This document shows positions 20,244-30,010 of a DNA stretch of 64,000 nucleotides, piece by piece. The stretch spans positions 18,703 to 82,702 of the forward strand of contig CAMTWQ010000011.1 in the NCBI GenBank assembly GCA_947085465.1. The letters are read 5' to 3'. The notes beneath the pieces were generated by a model that saw only the letters and a program-made list of their open reading frames with translations, was not told the origin of the DNA and did no database searches. The DNA comes from an uncultured Alphaproteobacteria bacterium. GTDB taxonomy: Bacteria; Pseudomonadota; Alphaproteobacteria; UBA11222. Made by a program: the position numbers and the translations under genes. Positions within the stretch are counted from its first letter, which is position 1. Each line of letters starts with the position of its first letter.

Positions 20244-21173
20244 ATGAGCGAAAGGCTCAAAACCGTATTGGTTACCGGAGCAACCGGCATTATCGGCCGT
20301 CATGCCGTTAATACATTACTGGCTAATGGTGTTAATGCCGTAGCTATAGCGCGTGGCGGTTTCGAGCGCGTTCCGCTTAAATGTGAAATGCGCCGAATTG
20401 ATTTACTTGATCGTGAGGCAACGCAGGCGGCAGTGCGCGAAATCAAACCCGACGGGTTGCTACACCTCGCATGGATATCTGCACACGGACGTTTCTGGAA
20501 TTCACCAGAAAATCTTGATTGGCTAGCCAGCAGTGTCTACCTGCTGCGTGCATTTGCCGAAGCGGGCGGACAACGTGTTGTGGCTGCTGGCACCTGCGTT
20601 GAATATGATTGCAGCCGCCCGATCACCAGCCGGATTGATGAATCTAAAGAATGCCGGCCCGCAACCTTTTACGGCTGGGCAAAGCATGGATTGCGCCAGG
20701 TGCTGGCCGCCTATGCTCAAGAGGCAGGTTTGAAGCATGCCTGGGGGCGGCTGTTTTTGCTATATGGCGAGGATGAGCCGCAACAACGTCTGGCGCCCAC
20801 GGTGGCGCGCGCACTGCTTCGCGGCCTGCCCGCTGAATGTACATCCGGCAACCAGGTGCGGGATTTTCTTGATACACGCGACGCCGGCGCCGCCTTTGCA
20901 AAACTGCTGCTGAGCGCGGTGGATGGGCCGGTGAATATTTGTTCAGGCGAGGCGATTTCCATCGCGGATTTTGCTGGCCGCATAGCCAAAATTATCGGCC
21001 GGCCAGAACTTCTCCGGCTTGGAGCATTGCCAGACCGTCCAGATGATCCGCCCTATCTGGTGGGCGACCCGTCGCGCTTGACGCATGAAGTGGGCTTTGC
21101 GCCCGCCATACCGCTTGATCAGGGATTGCGTGACACCGTTGCCCGCTGGCGGCGCCAAATGGGTTTGGCGTGA
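20244..21173 (+). CDS. NAD-dependent epimerase/dehydratase-family extended SDR (probable NDP-4-ketohexose reductase)
   Basis: VLVTGATGIIGRH is the Rossmann motif and a YGWAK (YxxxK) catalytic dyad is present. At 309 aa and without the TDEVYG/4,6-dehydratase signatures, a dehydratase role is unlikely. Confidence 0.75.
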   Translation: MSERLKTVLVTGATGIIGRHAVNTLLANGVNAVAIARGGFERVPLKCEMRRIDLLDREATQAAVREIKPDGLLHLAWISAHGRFWNSPENLDWLASSVYLLRAFAEAGGQRVVAAGTCVEYDCSRPITSRIDESKECRPATFYGWAKHGLRQVLAAYAQEAGLKHAWGRLFLLYGEDEPQQRLAPTVARALLRGLPAECTSGNQVRDFLDTRDAGAAFAKLLLSAVDGPVNICSGEAISIADFAGRIAKIIGRPELLRLGALPDRPDDPPYLVGDPSRLTHEVGFAPAIPLDQGLRDTVARWRRQMGLA

Positions 21174-22381
21174 TGCATAAAGCAGTGCGTCCCTGCCCGT
21201 TATGTAAAGGGTTGAGCCTTGATCCTTTGATTACCCGGCCTAAATCGTCGGTTTTGCAGAACCGCACCTTTGCCAGCAAAGCGCAGGCAAGCGCGGCGTT
21301 AAGCGGTCGGCTTACGATTATGAGCTGCCGCGAATGCGGTTTTATTCACAACAACGATTATGATCCCGGCATCATCAGCTATACGGGTGAATATGAGAAT
21401 GATCAGGCAAACTCGCCGCGATTCCGCCGCCACATGGAAGAGCTTGCAGGTTACATTCGTGGCGGCATTTTGGGCGGCGCGCCACTTTCCATTGTTGAAA
21501 TCGGATGCGGCCAGGGCGGTTTCCTGAACCTGCTGCTGCATGAATTGCAAGGCGTGCGGGCGCAGGGCCTCGGATTTGACACGGCCTATCGCGGGCCAGT
21601 GTTGGCTGAGAGCGGCGCGCGTTATTTCCGTGAATATTTCGGCCAACAGACTGCGCCGCTTATTGCGGGTGGAGAAGTTATTTTACTCACCCGGCATGTC
21701 ATTGAGCATGTGCCGGAGCCAGTGCAGTTTCTCGCGGGTATTCGCGCCGCGATTCAAGACAATTGGCGCGCCAGGTTATTTATCGAGACACCATGTGTGG
21801 AATGGATATTCCGCAATCATGCGGTGCAGGATTTTTTCTATGAACATTGCAATTATTGGACCGCTGCCTCGCTAACTGCCGCTGCCCGGCGCGCAGGCTT
21901 TGCCGTAATAAATATCCGCCATGTATTCGATGGCCAATATTTGTGGATGGAAGCGGTTCCCGCGAATGGCGATTTAAGGATCGAGGATGAATCGCCCGCG
22001 CGCGGCACGACAGAAATGTTAAAACAAACTTATATGTCGCACGAGAATGCAACGATCATGGCATGGCGCGCTTGCGCCGCAACGGCCGCTTTGGACGGCG
22101 CCGTAGCATTATGGGGCGCGGGCGCCAAAGGCGTGACCATGGCGGCGCTCATAGATCCGGAATGCAAGCTTATTGACTGTCTGATCGACATTAATGCGCA
22201 AAAGCAAAACCGCTATATTCCGATTACCGCGCACCAGGTCGTAAGCCCTGGCGCAGCGCATATGCGTGGGGTAAAGACGGCACTGGTGATGAACAGCAAT
22301 TATACGCATGAGATCAGCGCCATGCTTGCGACCGGGAACATCACGATGCGATTGATAGATGATCCGGCGGCGCAAAATTGA
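21173..22381 (+). CDS. Second TylCIII/NovU-type C-methyltransferase paralogue
   Basis: It has an N-terminal Cys ribbon (CPLCKG...CRECGFIHN), an MTase core (IVEIGCGQGGFL), and a C-domain (ALWGAGAKGVTMAAL...DINAQKQNRYIP). The start is ATG 21173 or GTG 21170, either overlapping the upstream stop codon. Confidence 0.75.
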   Translation: MHKAVRPCPLCKGLSLDPLITRPKSSVLQNRTFASKAQASAALSGRLTIMSCRECGFIHNNDYDPGIISYTGEYENDQANSPRFRRHMEELAGYIRGGILGGAPLSIVEIGCGQGGFLNLLLHELQGVRAQGLGFDTAYRGPVLAESGARYFREYFGQQTAPLIAGGEVILLTRHVIEHVPEPVQFLAGIRAAIQDNWRARLFIETPCVEWIFRNHAVQDFFYEHCNYWTAASLTAAARRAGFAVINIRHVFDGQYLWMEAVPANGDLRIEDESPARGTTEMLKQTYMSHENATIMAWRACAATAALDGAVALWGAGAKGVTMAALIDPECKLIDCLIDINAQKQNRYIPITAHQVVSPGAAHMRGVKTALVMNSNYTHEISAMLATGNITMRLIDDPAAQN

Positions 22382-22405
22382 ATGAAATGATTTGCGGCGG
22401 GCCTT

Positions 22406-23212
22406 CTACGCCTTATAACTTTCAACCAGCACGGGTAAATCATCCAATAGAGAACGTGGCGTGAAGTGAAATTCATTTGCAAGCCTGGAATTATCGATGC
22501 GCGGGAAAGATCGGGTTGCCCCATTAGGAGCGAAATCCGCCGCATGCCCCAGATCCTCGAACCGGCGCGACAACCCACGATGCGTGATGGATATTCCGCT
22601 CGCCACATTATAAATTGATGCGATGCCGTTCAGGCTAATCAGCTCCAGTAGCTTCACCACATCATCCAGCGCAATATAATCCTTTGATGAATCCGGCGAC
22701 TCAAGAATGGTGACCTTCCCATGCTTCGCCAAATCGCGGAATATTGATCCAAGAAACGTTTGCGGGTCCTGATTGGCGCCATACACATTCGAAAGCCGCG
22801 CGATCCGCACCCTGGGCAAATTCGTCGAAAGGCATAATGATTCCCCCAGAAGCTTGCTCAAATCAAAGATCGCGTCAGCGGACGGCGTGACGTTGAGCTG
22901 CATATCCTCATGCGCCAGCGTTCCCTTTGGCAGGCCGCCATAGACGCGCGTGCTCGATAAATACAGCAATGAATCGAACGTGGCCTTTTGCAACACCCGC
23001 GCCAGAACATTCACATGCGCCTCGATGGTGTCATGCAGCCGCGCCCTGAAATCTCCGGTCAAACCTATCGCATAGATGACATGCCCCAAGTTACGGCCTG
23101 ACAGCCATTCCTGTTCCTCCAATGGCGCGCTCACCTCATGCCCGCGCGACTGCAAATGCGCAACCAGGCGCGCGCCGATATAACCCCGGCCGCCAAGCAC
23201 GGTGAATTTCAT
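22406..23212 (-). CDS. NAD-dependent epimerase/dehydratase-like SDR with an atypical active site
   Basis: MKFTVLGGRGYIGARL is the Rossmann motif and SSTRVYG is present. The position expected for YxxxK reads FDLSK. The ATG at 23212 overlaps the upstream stop codon (ATGA). Confidence 0.7.
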   Translation of the reverse strand: MKFTVLGGRGYIGARLVAHLQSRGHEVSAPLEEQEWLSGRNLGHVIYAIGLTGDFRARLHDTIEAHVNVLARVLQKATFDSLLYLSSTRVYGGLPKGTLAHEDMQLNVTPSADAIFDLSKLLGESLCLSTNLPRVRIARLSNVYGANQDPQTFLGSIFRDLAKHGKVTILESPDSSKDYIALDDVVKLLELISLNGIASIYNVASGISITHRGLSRRFEDLGHAADFAPNGATRSFPRIDNSRLANEFHFTPRSLLDDLPVLVESYKA

Positions 23213-23700
23213 TGCCGCCATCCCATAAGCTGCAAGGGATTTCCCGCGTTAATGCTGTAGGATGGAACCTCTCCGCGCACCAGCGACATGGCGCCAATCA
23301 CGCAGCCCTTTCTCAGCCGCGCGCCATCCAGCAAGACACAGCCCGCGCCGATCCATACGTCATCCTCTACAACAATCCCGCCCTTGCTTGGCTGGAATCG
23401 CTGTTCGCGCACCAGCATGGATTTTTTCTCATACGCATGATTCACCGAGGCAAACACGCAATTCGCGGCGATTAGCGTATCATTTCCAATAGTAACGCCA
23501 TTGCCCGTATAGATAACGCAGCCAGAATTGAGCATCACGCGCGCGCCGATGATGACATCCCCCGTCCCGCCCGCAGGTTTGATTTTAACGAAGCTGTCAA
23601 TCACCGAGGCGTCCCCAACAATGATGCGGGCGCCACGAACGCTCGCTTCTATATCCGCATGGGGTGAGACATTCGCTGTGGGGGAAATTTCTATGGACAT
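23209..23700 (-). CDS. Hexapeptide-repeat (LbH) acetyl/acyltransferase
   Basis: Left-handed beta-helix repeats are present (IGARVMLNSGCVIYTGNGVTIGNDTLIAANCVF..., VWIGAGCVLLDGARLRKGCVIGAMSLV). The start is taken at MSIEISP; the ORF track extends to 23730. Confidence 0.8.
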   Translation of the reverse strand: MSIEISPTANVSPHADIEASVRGARIIVGDASVIDSFVKIKPAGGTGDVIIGARVMLNSGCVIYTGNGVTIGNDTLIAANCVFASVNHAYEKKSMLVREQRFQPSKGGIVVEDDVWIGAGCVLLDGARLRKGCVIGAMSLVRGEVPSYSINAGNPLQLMGWRQ

Positions 23701-23817
23701 GGCTTTACAATCCCAGGGTTTTAATGGCATTCAAGGCCGTGGCTGATCTGCCGGACGGTATACGCAGAGACGCTAAAATGGCATGGTAAGCCATTAAAAC
23801 AAGCCCCGAATCAGAAT

Positions 23818-24723
23818 ATGGCAGAGAGTATGTCCGCATTGCCACCCGCCATTTCAGTTGGCCTGCCGGTATATAATGGCGCGGCGCATTTGACCCAGGC
23901 GTTAGAGTCCCTGCTTTCGCAGAGCTTTACCGATTTCGAGATTATCATTTCCGATAATTGCTCGACCGACGGCACGCCAGATATTTCCGCCCGCTATGCG
24001 GCGCGCGATTCGCGCATTCGCACCGTCAGGCAGCCGGAAAATATCGGCGCGATTGGAAATTTCCGCTATGTTCTGGACACGGCCCGTGCGCCGTTTTTCA
24101 CCTGGGCCGCTCATGACGATTGGCGCGACCTAAATTTTCTTGAAACCATGCATGCGGCGCTTAGCGCGAATACTGATCTTGAAATGGCGATGGCGAAGAT
24201 TGTCCGGGTGCGCGCTGATGGTAGTGTCGCAGATGTAACCGGATACACGCCGCTAGCGGGGATGCCGCGCGTTATGCGGGTCATAAAATTAATTTCCCTG
24301 ACCCGCGGCGGCACGATTTATGGCCTGTACCGCACTGCCGCCATCCAGCGGGCATGGTCGCGGGCGCAGCGGGATTTTCCCTATGTCTGGGCAAATGACC
24401 GCTTAACCATGCTGCCGTTTATTCTAAATGACAGGGTGGTCACCGTAAATGAAACCAGTTTCTATAGCCGCGAAACCGGGCTATCGGCAGTCCTGTACCG
24501 GCCGCAAACGGCGGCGCAATTATGGCCGTTCCTGTATTCGTTTCTGCGCTTTGCAGCGCGCGAAATTATTGCAAGCCGCCTGACGCCATGGGAAAAAGCT
24601 GTCTGCCTGGCCTATCTTCCTTTCTTCAGTAACGATAAAGCGGTGAAATGGCGCCGCCTTCTCACGCGCACCTTGCGCGCGCCATTTCAGCGCGCGCCGG
24701 TTCAGTCAGGAGAGTCCGGTTAA
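23818..24723 (+). CDS. Family 2 glycosyltransferase
   Basis: ISVGLPVYNGAAHLTQALESLLSQSFTDFEIIISDNCSTDGT is the classical GT2 N-terminus. Confidence 0.85.
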   Translation: MAESMSALPPAISVGLPVYNGAAHLTQALESLLSQSFTDFEIIISDNCSTDGTPDISARYAARDSRIRTVRQPENIGAIGNFRYVLDTARAPFFTWAAHDDWRDLNFLETMHAALSANTDLEMAMAKIVRVRADGSVADVTGYTPLAGMPRVMRVIKLISLTRGGTIYGLYRTAAIQRAWSRAQRDFPYVWANDRLTMLPFILNDRVVTVNETSFYSRETGLSAVLYRPQTAAQLWPFLYSFLRFAAREIIASRLTPWEKAVCLAYLPFFSNDKAVKWRRLLTRTLRAPFQRAPVQSGESG

Positions 24724-25314
24724 ATGTCAGCGATTGGAAAATTCCGTAAGGCCATCGGCTTTCCCCGGCGCAGGGACACCTTGCCCGATCATGTCACCGT
24801 GGGGCGTTACACCTATGGCGTGAACCGCAATATATTTGTGCGCGCCTCTGCAAAGGCCCCGTGCAGCATCGGCGCGTTTTGCGCCATCGGCCCGGATGTG
24901 CTGATTTATGGTCAGGCGGATCATCAGCTTGACAGCCCATCGGGCTATCCGTTCCGCTCGGAATATTTTATCCGCGATGCAATTCCAGTCGAGCCAATCA
25001 CGCGCGGCCCGGTGCGCATCGGCAATGACGTGTGGATATGCAGCCGCGCGATCATCCTCAGCGGCGTCACCATTGGCGATGGCGCGGCGATTGGCGCGGG
25101 CGCGGTCGTTGCGCGCGACGTGCCGCCCTATGCGGTAGTGGCCGGTAATCCGGCGCGCGTTGTGCGGATGCGCTTTTCACCCGAGATCATAGCGAGGATG
25201 CTTGAAATCCGCTGGTGGGACTGGCCTGAAGAAAAAATTATCCGGTTCGAGCCGTTATTGTTTGGTGATATGGACGCGTTCCTGAAGGCCGCCGCCGGAG
25301 AAGAAAATGGCTAA
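24724..25314 (+). CDS. CatB/Vat-related hexapeptide O-acetyltransferase
   Basis: IGNDVWICSRAIILSGVTIGDGAAIGAGAVVARDVPPYAVVAGNPARVVRMRFSPEII..L..RWWDW is the xenobiotic-acetyltransferase-type C-terminus. Confidence 0.85.
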   Translation: MSAIGKFRKAIGFPRRRDTLPDHVTVGRYTYGVNRNIFVRASAKAPCSIGAFCAIGPDVLIYGQADHQLDSPSGYPFRSEYFIRDAIPVEPITRGPVRIGNDVWICSRAIILSGVTIGDGAAIGAGAVVARDVPPYAVVAGNPARVVRMRFSPEIIARMLEIRWWDWPEEKIIRFEPLLFGDMDAFLKAAAGEENG

Positions 25315-26494
25315 CCAGGCAGCGGCGCGGCGGCTGCTGTTTCTTGTCAATGACGCCAGCTTTTTTGTCACCCATCGCCTGCCATTGGCGCGCGCCGCCA
25401 TTCTTGCCGGCTATGACGCGCATGTGGCGCTGCCATTTGCGGCCGCTGCGGTGGAGAACCAGGGTGATCTGGACATTATCCGCGCGGCGGGCGCAACGCT
25501 GCACGACCTGCCGATGCATCGCGCCGGCATGAACATCCTGCATGAACTCAGCCTTATGGCGCGCCTATGGCGGCTATTATTGCGCTTAAGGCCGGATATC
25601 TTACACTGCATCACCATCAAGCCGGTGCTGTATGGCGGCGCGATTGCAAGGCTTTTGGGGATTCCATTGGTGATTTTTGCGATCTCGGGACTTGGCCATA
25701 TCTTCATTGCGCAAGGCGCAAGGGCTAGCCTGGTCCGCTGGCTTGCAACCCTGGCTTACCGGTTCGCACTGCGTAATCCACATGGCGTTGCGATATTTCA
25801 GAATACGGATGATCGCGGCCTGTTTCTCGCGCGCGGCTTATTGCCGCAGCAGCAAGCGGTGTTGATCCCGGGGGTTGGCGTTGACACGCGGCAGTTTCAC
25901 CCGGCGGCGACACCGCCGCCTGAACCGCTGGTGGCGCTGCTGCCGGCGCGGCTGCAACATGAAAAGGGTGTGCGCGAATTTGTCGAGGCGGCGCGCCTGT
26001 TAAAGGCGCGCGGGTATAGCGTTCGCATGGCGCTGGCCGGTTATGCGGATTTTGACCGGCCCGGCGGCATTGCCGAGGCGGAGCTACGCCGTTGGCGTGA
26101 CTATGGCGAAGTGGAATGGTGGGGCCATTGCACCGATATGCCGGACACGCTGCGCCGGGTGCACATCATCTGTCTGCCAAGTTATCGTGAGGGTTTTTCC
26201 AAGGTGTTGATCGAGGCGGGCGCAACCGGCCTGCCGGTCATAACCACTAATGTGCCCGGTTGCCGCGATGCGGTGCGGGCGGGCGAAACCGCCATCCTTG
26301 TCCCGCCCCGCGACGCCCATGCGCTTGCCGACGCCATCGCGCTATTGCTTGACGATGCGGGATTGCGCGCCCGCATGGGGGCAACGGGGCGCGAACTCGC
26401 GGTGCGGGAATATTCGGTTGAGAATTTTATCGCCCAGTCGCTGGCGCTATATGATCGCCTGAATGCTTCGGCATCCAGAACGGGTTTGGCATGA
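25307..26494 (+). CDS. GT4 (GT-B) glycosyltransferase
   Basis: 395 aa. The N-terminus is LLFLVNDASFFVTHRLPLA and the C-terminal E-x7-E region is PSYREGFSKVLIEAGATGLPVITTNVPGCRDAV. Confidence 0.85.
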   Translation: MANQAAARRLLFLVNDASFFVTHRLPLARAAILAGYDAHVALPFAAAAVENQGDLDIIRAAGATLHDLPMHRAGMNILHELSLMARLWRLLLRLRPDILHCITIKPVLYGGAIARLLGIPLVIFAISGLGHIFIAQGARASLVRWLATLAYRFALRNPHGVAIFQNTDDRGLFLARGLLPQQQAVLIPGVGVDTRQFHPAATPPPEPLVALLPARLQHEKGVREFVEAARLLKARGYSVRMALAGYADFDRPGGIAEAELRRWRDYGEVEWWGHCTDMPDTLRRVHIICLPSYREGFSKVLIEAGATGLPVITTNVPGCRDAVRAGETAILVPPRDAHALADAIALLLDDAGLRARMGATGRELAVREYSVENFIAQSLALYDRLNASASRTGLA

Positions 26495-26982
26495 ACAGCC
26501 TGATAATTCTCCTTGTTAGCACGCCGCTGGCGCTCGCACTGGCGTTCGGGCTGGCGCGTATCGCCATCCGGCTGCAACAACCGCCCGGCATCGCGGCGCT
26601 GGCGGGAGTCATGATTTGCTGGCAGATGATAGCTTTGGTGGTTGGCCGCACGCCACTTGCCAGTTCCATGATGCTACTGCTCAGCGGGGTGTCACTGATC
26701 ACGCTTATCCAGTGGCTGCGCGCCAATCAGCGTTTGCAGGGCGCTACCGGGTGGGGCGGATACGCGCTGGCCGTGTTTTTGCCAGCCCTCGCGGCGATGT
26801 TCCCGGATTTAACTGCAACCGAGGCCCTGGCCTTCGCCCTGACGTTTGGTCTCACTCTTTTTGGCGTCTTTATGGCGGTGGCTCGCGCCCGTTCACCCGC
26901 GCCAATAGGATGGCTGGGCATTCCCGCAATGCTGCTGCTGGGGTTATGGCTTGTTGTGCGGCTTATTAGCGCTTTTCCATAA
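26491..26982 (+). CDS. Small polytopic membrane protein, function unknown
   Basis: 163 aa with about 5 hydrophobic segments. Its ATG overlaps the GT4 stop codon (ATGA). I recognise no family. Confidence 0.5.
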   Translation: MNSLIILLVSTPLALALAFGLARIAIRLQQPPGIAALAGVMICWQMIALVVGRTPLASSMMLLLSGVSLITLIQWLRANQRLQGATGWGGYALAVFLPALAAMFPDLTATEALAFALTFGLTLFGVFMAVARARSPAPIGWLGIPAMLLLGLWLVVRLISAFP

Positions 26983-27009
26983 AGGTAAAATAATGCTATT
27001 TGCTGGCCA

Positions 27010-28587
27010 ATGAATTTAGTTCCCATCAAACGCGCGCTGATTTCCGTCTCCGATAAAACCGGGCTGATTGAATTTGCTGCGGCGCTCGCAAAACACGGTG
27101 TCGAAATCCTGTCCACGGGCGGCACGGCAAAGGCGTTGCGCGACGCCGGATTGCAGGTAGCCGATGTGTCGGAGTTCACCGGATTTCCCGAAATGATGGA
27201 TGGCCGCGTCAAAACCCTGCACCCCAAGGTGCATGGCGGGCTGCTGGCGTTGCGCGAAAACAGCGAACATATCGCCTCCATGCAGACGCATGGTATCGGC
27301 GCCATCGATCTGCTGGCGGTGAATCTGTATCCATTCGAGGCAACGGCCGCATCCGGCGCGGACTTTGCCCAGTGCATCGAGAATATCGACATTGGCGGCC
27401 CGGCGATGCTCCGTTCGGCAGCAAAAAATCATGCCTATGTGACGCTTGCCGTGGATGCGGAGGATTATGCCGCCATCCTCGCCGAGATGGACGCGCATCG
27501 GGGCGCAACAACACTTGGCTTGCGCAAATCCCTGGCGGCCAAGGCATTTGCCCGCACCGCAACCTATGACGCCGCCATTAGCGCCTGGTTCGCGGAACAG
27601 TTGGGTGATCCCTATCCAAAGCGCATTGCAGTGGGCGCAAGCCTCCAGCAAACTCTGCGCTATGGCGAAAACCCGCATCAAAGTGCTGCGTTTTACGTCA
27701 GCGGCGAGGCGCGGCCAGGCGTCGCCACCGCAGTCCAGGCGCAGGGCAAGGAGCTGTCCTACAACAACCTCAATGACACCGACGCGGCGTTTGAACTGGC
27801 GGCTGAATTTGACACGCCCGCCGTGGCGATCATCAAGCACGCCAACCCATGCGGTGTGGCGCTTGGGGCGGATTTGCGCGAGGCATATCTGCGCGCGCTT
27901 GCCTGCGATCCGGTCAGCGCCTTCGGCGGCGTCATCGCCACGAACCGCGCGCTTGACGCAACAAGCGCGCAAGAAATGGTGAAAATATTCACCGAGGTGA
28001 TCATTGCGCCCGATGCGGACCAGGCGGCGCGCGAAATCATAGCGGCGAAAAAAAACCTACGCCTGCTGCTGACCGGCGGCCTGCCTGATCCACTGGCGCC
28101 GGGGCGGCTGATGAAATCCGTGTCTGGCGGGTATCTTCTGCAAAGCCGCGACAATGGCCGCATTAGCGCCAGTGACTTACAGATCGTCACCCGGCGCGCC
28201 CCAACTGCGCAAGAGCTTGCCGATCTGCTGTTCGCCTTCAAAGTCTGCAAGCATGTAAAATCCAACGCCATTGTGTATGTGAAAGATTACGCCACTGTTG
28301 GCATTGGCGCGGGACAAATGAACCGGCTGGACAGCGCCCGCATTGCCGCGCGCAAGGCCGAGGACGTGGCGGCGGCCGAAGGGTTGAGCGCGCCGCGCAC
28401 ACGCGGTTGTGTCGTTGCTTCTGACGCGTTCTTTCCGTTTGCGGACGGATTGCTGGCCGCCGCCGAGGCGGGCGCCACCGCCGTGATCCAGCCCGGCGGC
28501 TCGATCCGCGACGCCGAGGTGATCAAAGCCGCTGATGATGCTGGCCTTGCCATGGTGTTCACTGGGATGCGGCACTTCCGGCATTAA
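27010..28587 (+). CDS. purH: Bifunctional AICAR transformylase / IMP cyclohydrolase
   Basis: 525 aa. The N-terminal MGS-like domain reads [16 protein letters not shown] and the C-terminus reads QPGGSIRD...[11 protein letters not shown]. Confidence 0.97.
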   Translation: MNLVPIKRALISVSDKTGLIEFAAALAKHGVEILSTGGTAKALRDAGLQVADVSEFTGFPEMMDGRVKTLHPKVHGGLLALRENSEHIASMQTHGIGAIDLLAVNLYPFEATAASGADFAQCIENIDIGGPAMLRSAAKNHAYVTLAVDAEDYAAILAEMDAHRGATTLGLRKSLAAKAFARTATYDAAISAWFAEQLGDPYPKRIAVGASLQQTLRYGENPHQSAAFYVSGEARPGVATAVQAQGKELSYNNLNDTDAAFELAAEFDTPAVAIIKHANPCGVALGADLREAYLRALACDPVSAFGGVIATNRALDATSAQEMVKIFTEVIIAPDADQAAREIIAAKKNLRLLLTGGLPDPLAPGRLMKSVSGGYLLQSRDNGRISASDLQIVTRRAPTAQELADLLFAFKVCKHVKSNAIVYVKDYATVGIGAGQMNRLDSARIAARKAEDVAAAEGLSAPRTRGCVVASDAFFPFADGLLAAAEAGATAVIQPGGSIRDAEVIKAADDAGLAMVFTGMRHFRH

Positions 28588-29972
28588 TTAGAAAGCGTAG
28601 AATGCTGGCCACCGCCACAACCACCCTCAAAGGCCGCCGCCTCGCGCACCCGCAGCAGCAGCAAAAACCCAACACTCAGAAACACTAATATCACCGCCAT
28701 TCCGGCGCGCTGTGATGCGAACGCGGCGGTGAACAGGCTGATCAGCAGCGGCGCCAGAAATGATGTCGCCTTGCCGGACATGGCGTATAGCCCGTAAAAT
28801 TCCCCGATCATCTTTTCCGGCGACAGCCGCGCCAGCAGGGTGCGGCTCGCCGCCTGTGCGGGACCGCCAAAGAAACCAATCAGCACTCCGAAAAACAGAT
28901 ATGTCTGTTCGGCAATGCTGCTGAGGGGCGCTGCTCCTGGCGACCGCAGGGGAACAGCTATGCCAAACAGAATGGCGTCCGGGCGGATAGATACAACGCC
29001 AATAGTGGCCAGTAATAATCCGGCAATCGACGCCAGCACGATGGGGCGTGAGCCGAACTTGTCATCGGCCCATCCGCCGGCAAACGCACCGAGAGCTGCA
29101 AAGATGATTAGAACAACGCCAAACAGCCCTAATGTTTGAATGTCCCAGCCGAACAGGCCGGCGGCGTAAATTCCACCGAATGCAAACACCGCCGACAGCC
29201 CGTCGGCGTAAATCATATGGGCGATGAGGAACCGCACACTATTGCCGTGCTTTCGCGCATGTTTAATGGTTTCGCCCAGTTGCGCCAGGCCGTCGCGCAC
29301 CGCTTCGCCAATCCGCAGACGGGAGCGCGGAATATCCGGCGTGAAGAAAAATAGCGGCAGCGAGAAAACCAGAAACCACAGGGCGGTGAGCGGCCCGGCC
29401 CATTGCCCTGCCGCGCCCTGCACTGAGGGAACGCCGATGATCAAAACCAGACTTAGCAGGCCGCCTACATATCCAAGCCCCCAGCCAAACCCGCTCAGCC
29501 GGCCTAGTTCACCCTCCGAAGCCAACCCGGGCAGCATGGCGTTGCTAAACACGATTATGAATTCGGCGGCAATGCCTGCAATCACCAGCGCCGCCATAAT
29601 GCCCAGCGCCATGTGAGACGCGCCCGGCGCAGCAAGCCATAACGCAGCATTGGCGATGATAAATGGCAGGCCAAAGACGGCGATCCATTGCTTGCGCCGC
29701 CCCATTCTGTCGGCAATGGCGCCGAGCACCGGGCTAAGCAGCGCAATGATGAAACCAACGCTCGCCTGGGTATAGCCCCACAACTCCTGCCCGCGCACCG
29801 CATCGCCGATAAAGCTTGCGGCAAAATACGGGGCAAATATAAACGTCGTGATCAAGGTGAAGTATGGCTGCTGCGACCAGTCGAGCAGCGCCCATGAAAA
29901 TTGCCCAAGCCGCCGCCCGGGTAATAGCGCGGCGCCGGGCAAGGCGATCATTTCATCCGGGCGTAATGACAT
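28584..29972 (-). CDS. MFS transporter (UMF1-like)
   Basis: 462 aa with about 12 TM segments. The N-terminus [24 protein letters not shown] is typical of the UMF1 family. Confidence 0.8.
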   Translation of the reverse strand: MSLRPDEMIALPGAALLPGRRLGQFSWALLDWSQQPYFTLITTFIFAPYFAASFIGDAVRGQELWGYTQASVGFIIALLSPVLGAIADRMGRRKQWIAVFGLPFIIANAALWLAAPGASHMALGIMAALVIAGIAAEFIIVFSNAMLPGLASEGELGRLSGFGWGLGYVGGLLSLVLIIGVPSVQGAAGQWAGPLTALWFLVFSLPLFFFTPDIPRSRLRIGEAVRDGLAQLGETIKHARKHGNSVRFLIAHMIYADGLSAVFAFGGIYAAGLFGWDIQTLGLFGVVLIIFAALGAFAGGWADDKFGSRPIVLASIAGLLLATIGVVSIRPDAILFGIAVPLRSPGAAPLSSIAEQTYLFFGVLIGFFGGPAQAASRTLLARLSPEKMIGEFYGLYAMSGKATSFLAPLLISLFTAAFASQRAGMAVILVFLSVGFLLLLRVREAAAFEGGCGGGQHSTLSN

Positions 29973-30010
29973 CGCCGCATGTTAGCGCGCGCACGCGCCA
30001 TGCGATAGAT

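Noticed and set aside
27016-27972. A 318-aa ORF antisense to purH, with other long antisense ORFs of the same kind (for example 2379-3272, 52478-53371, 6481-7116).
   Set aside because: Each is fully nested in a confidently identified gene on the other strand. This is the typical GC-rich antisense open frame, with no recognisable domains.
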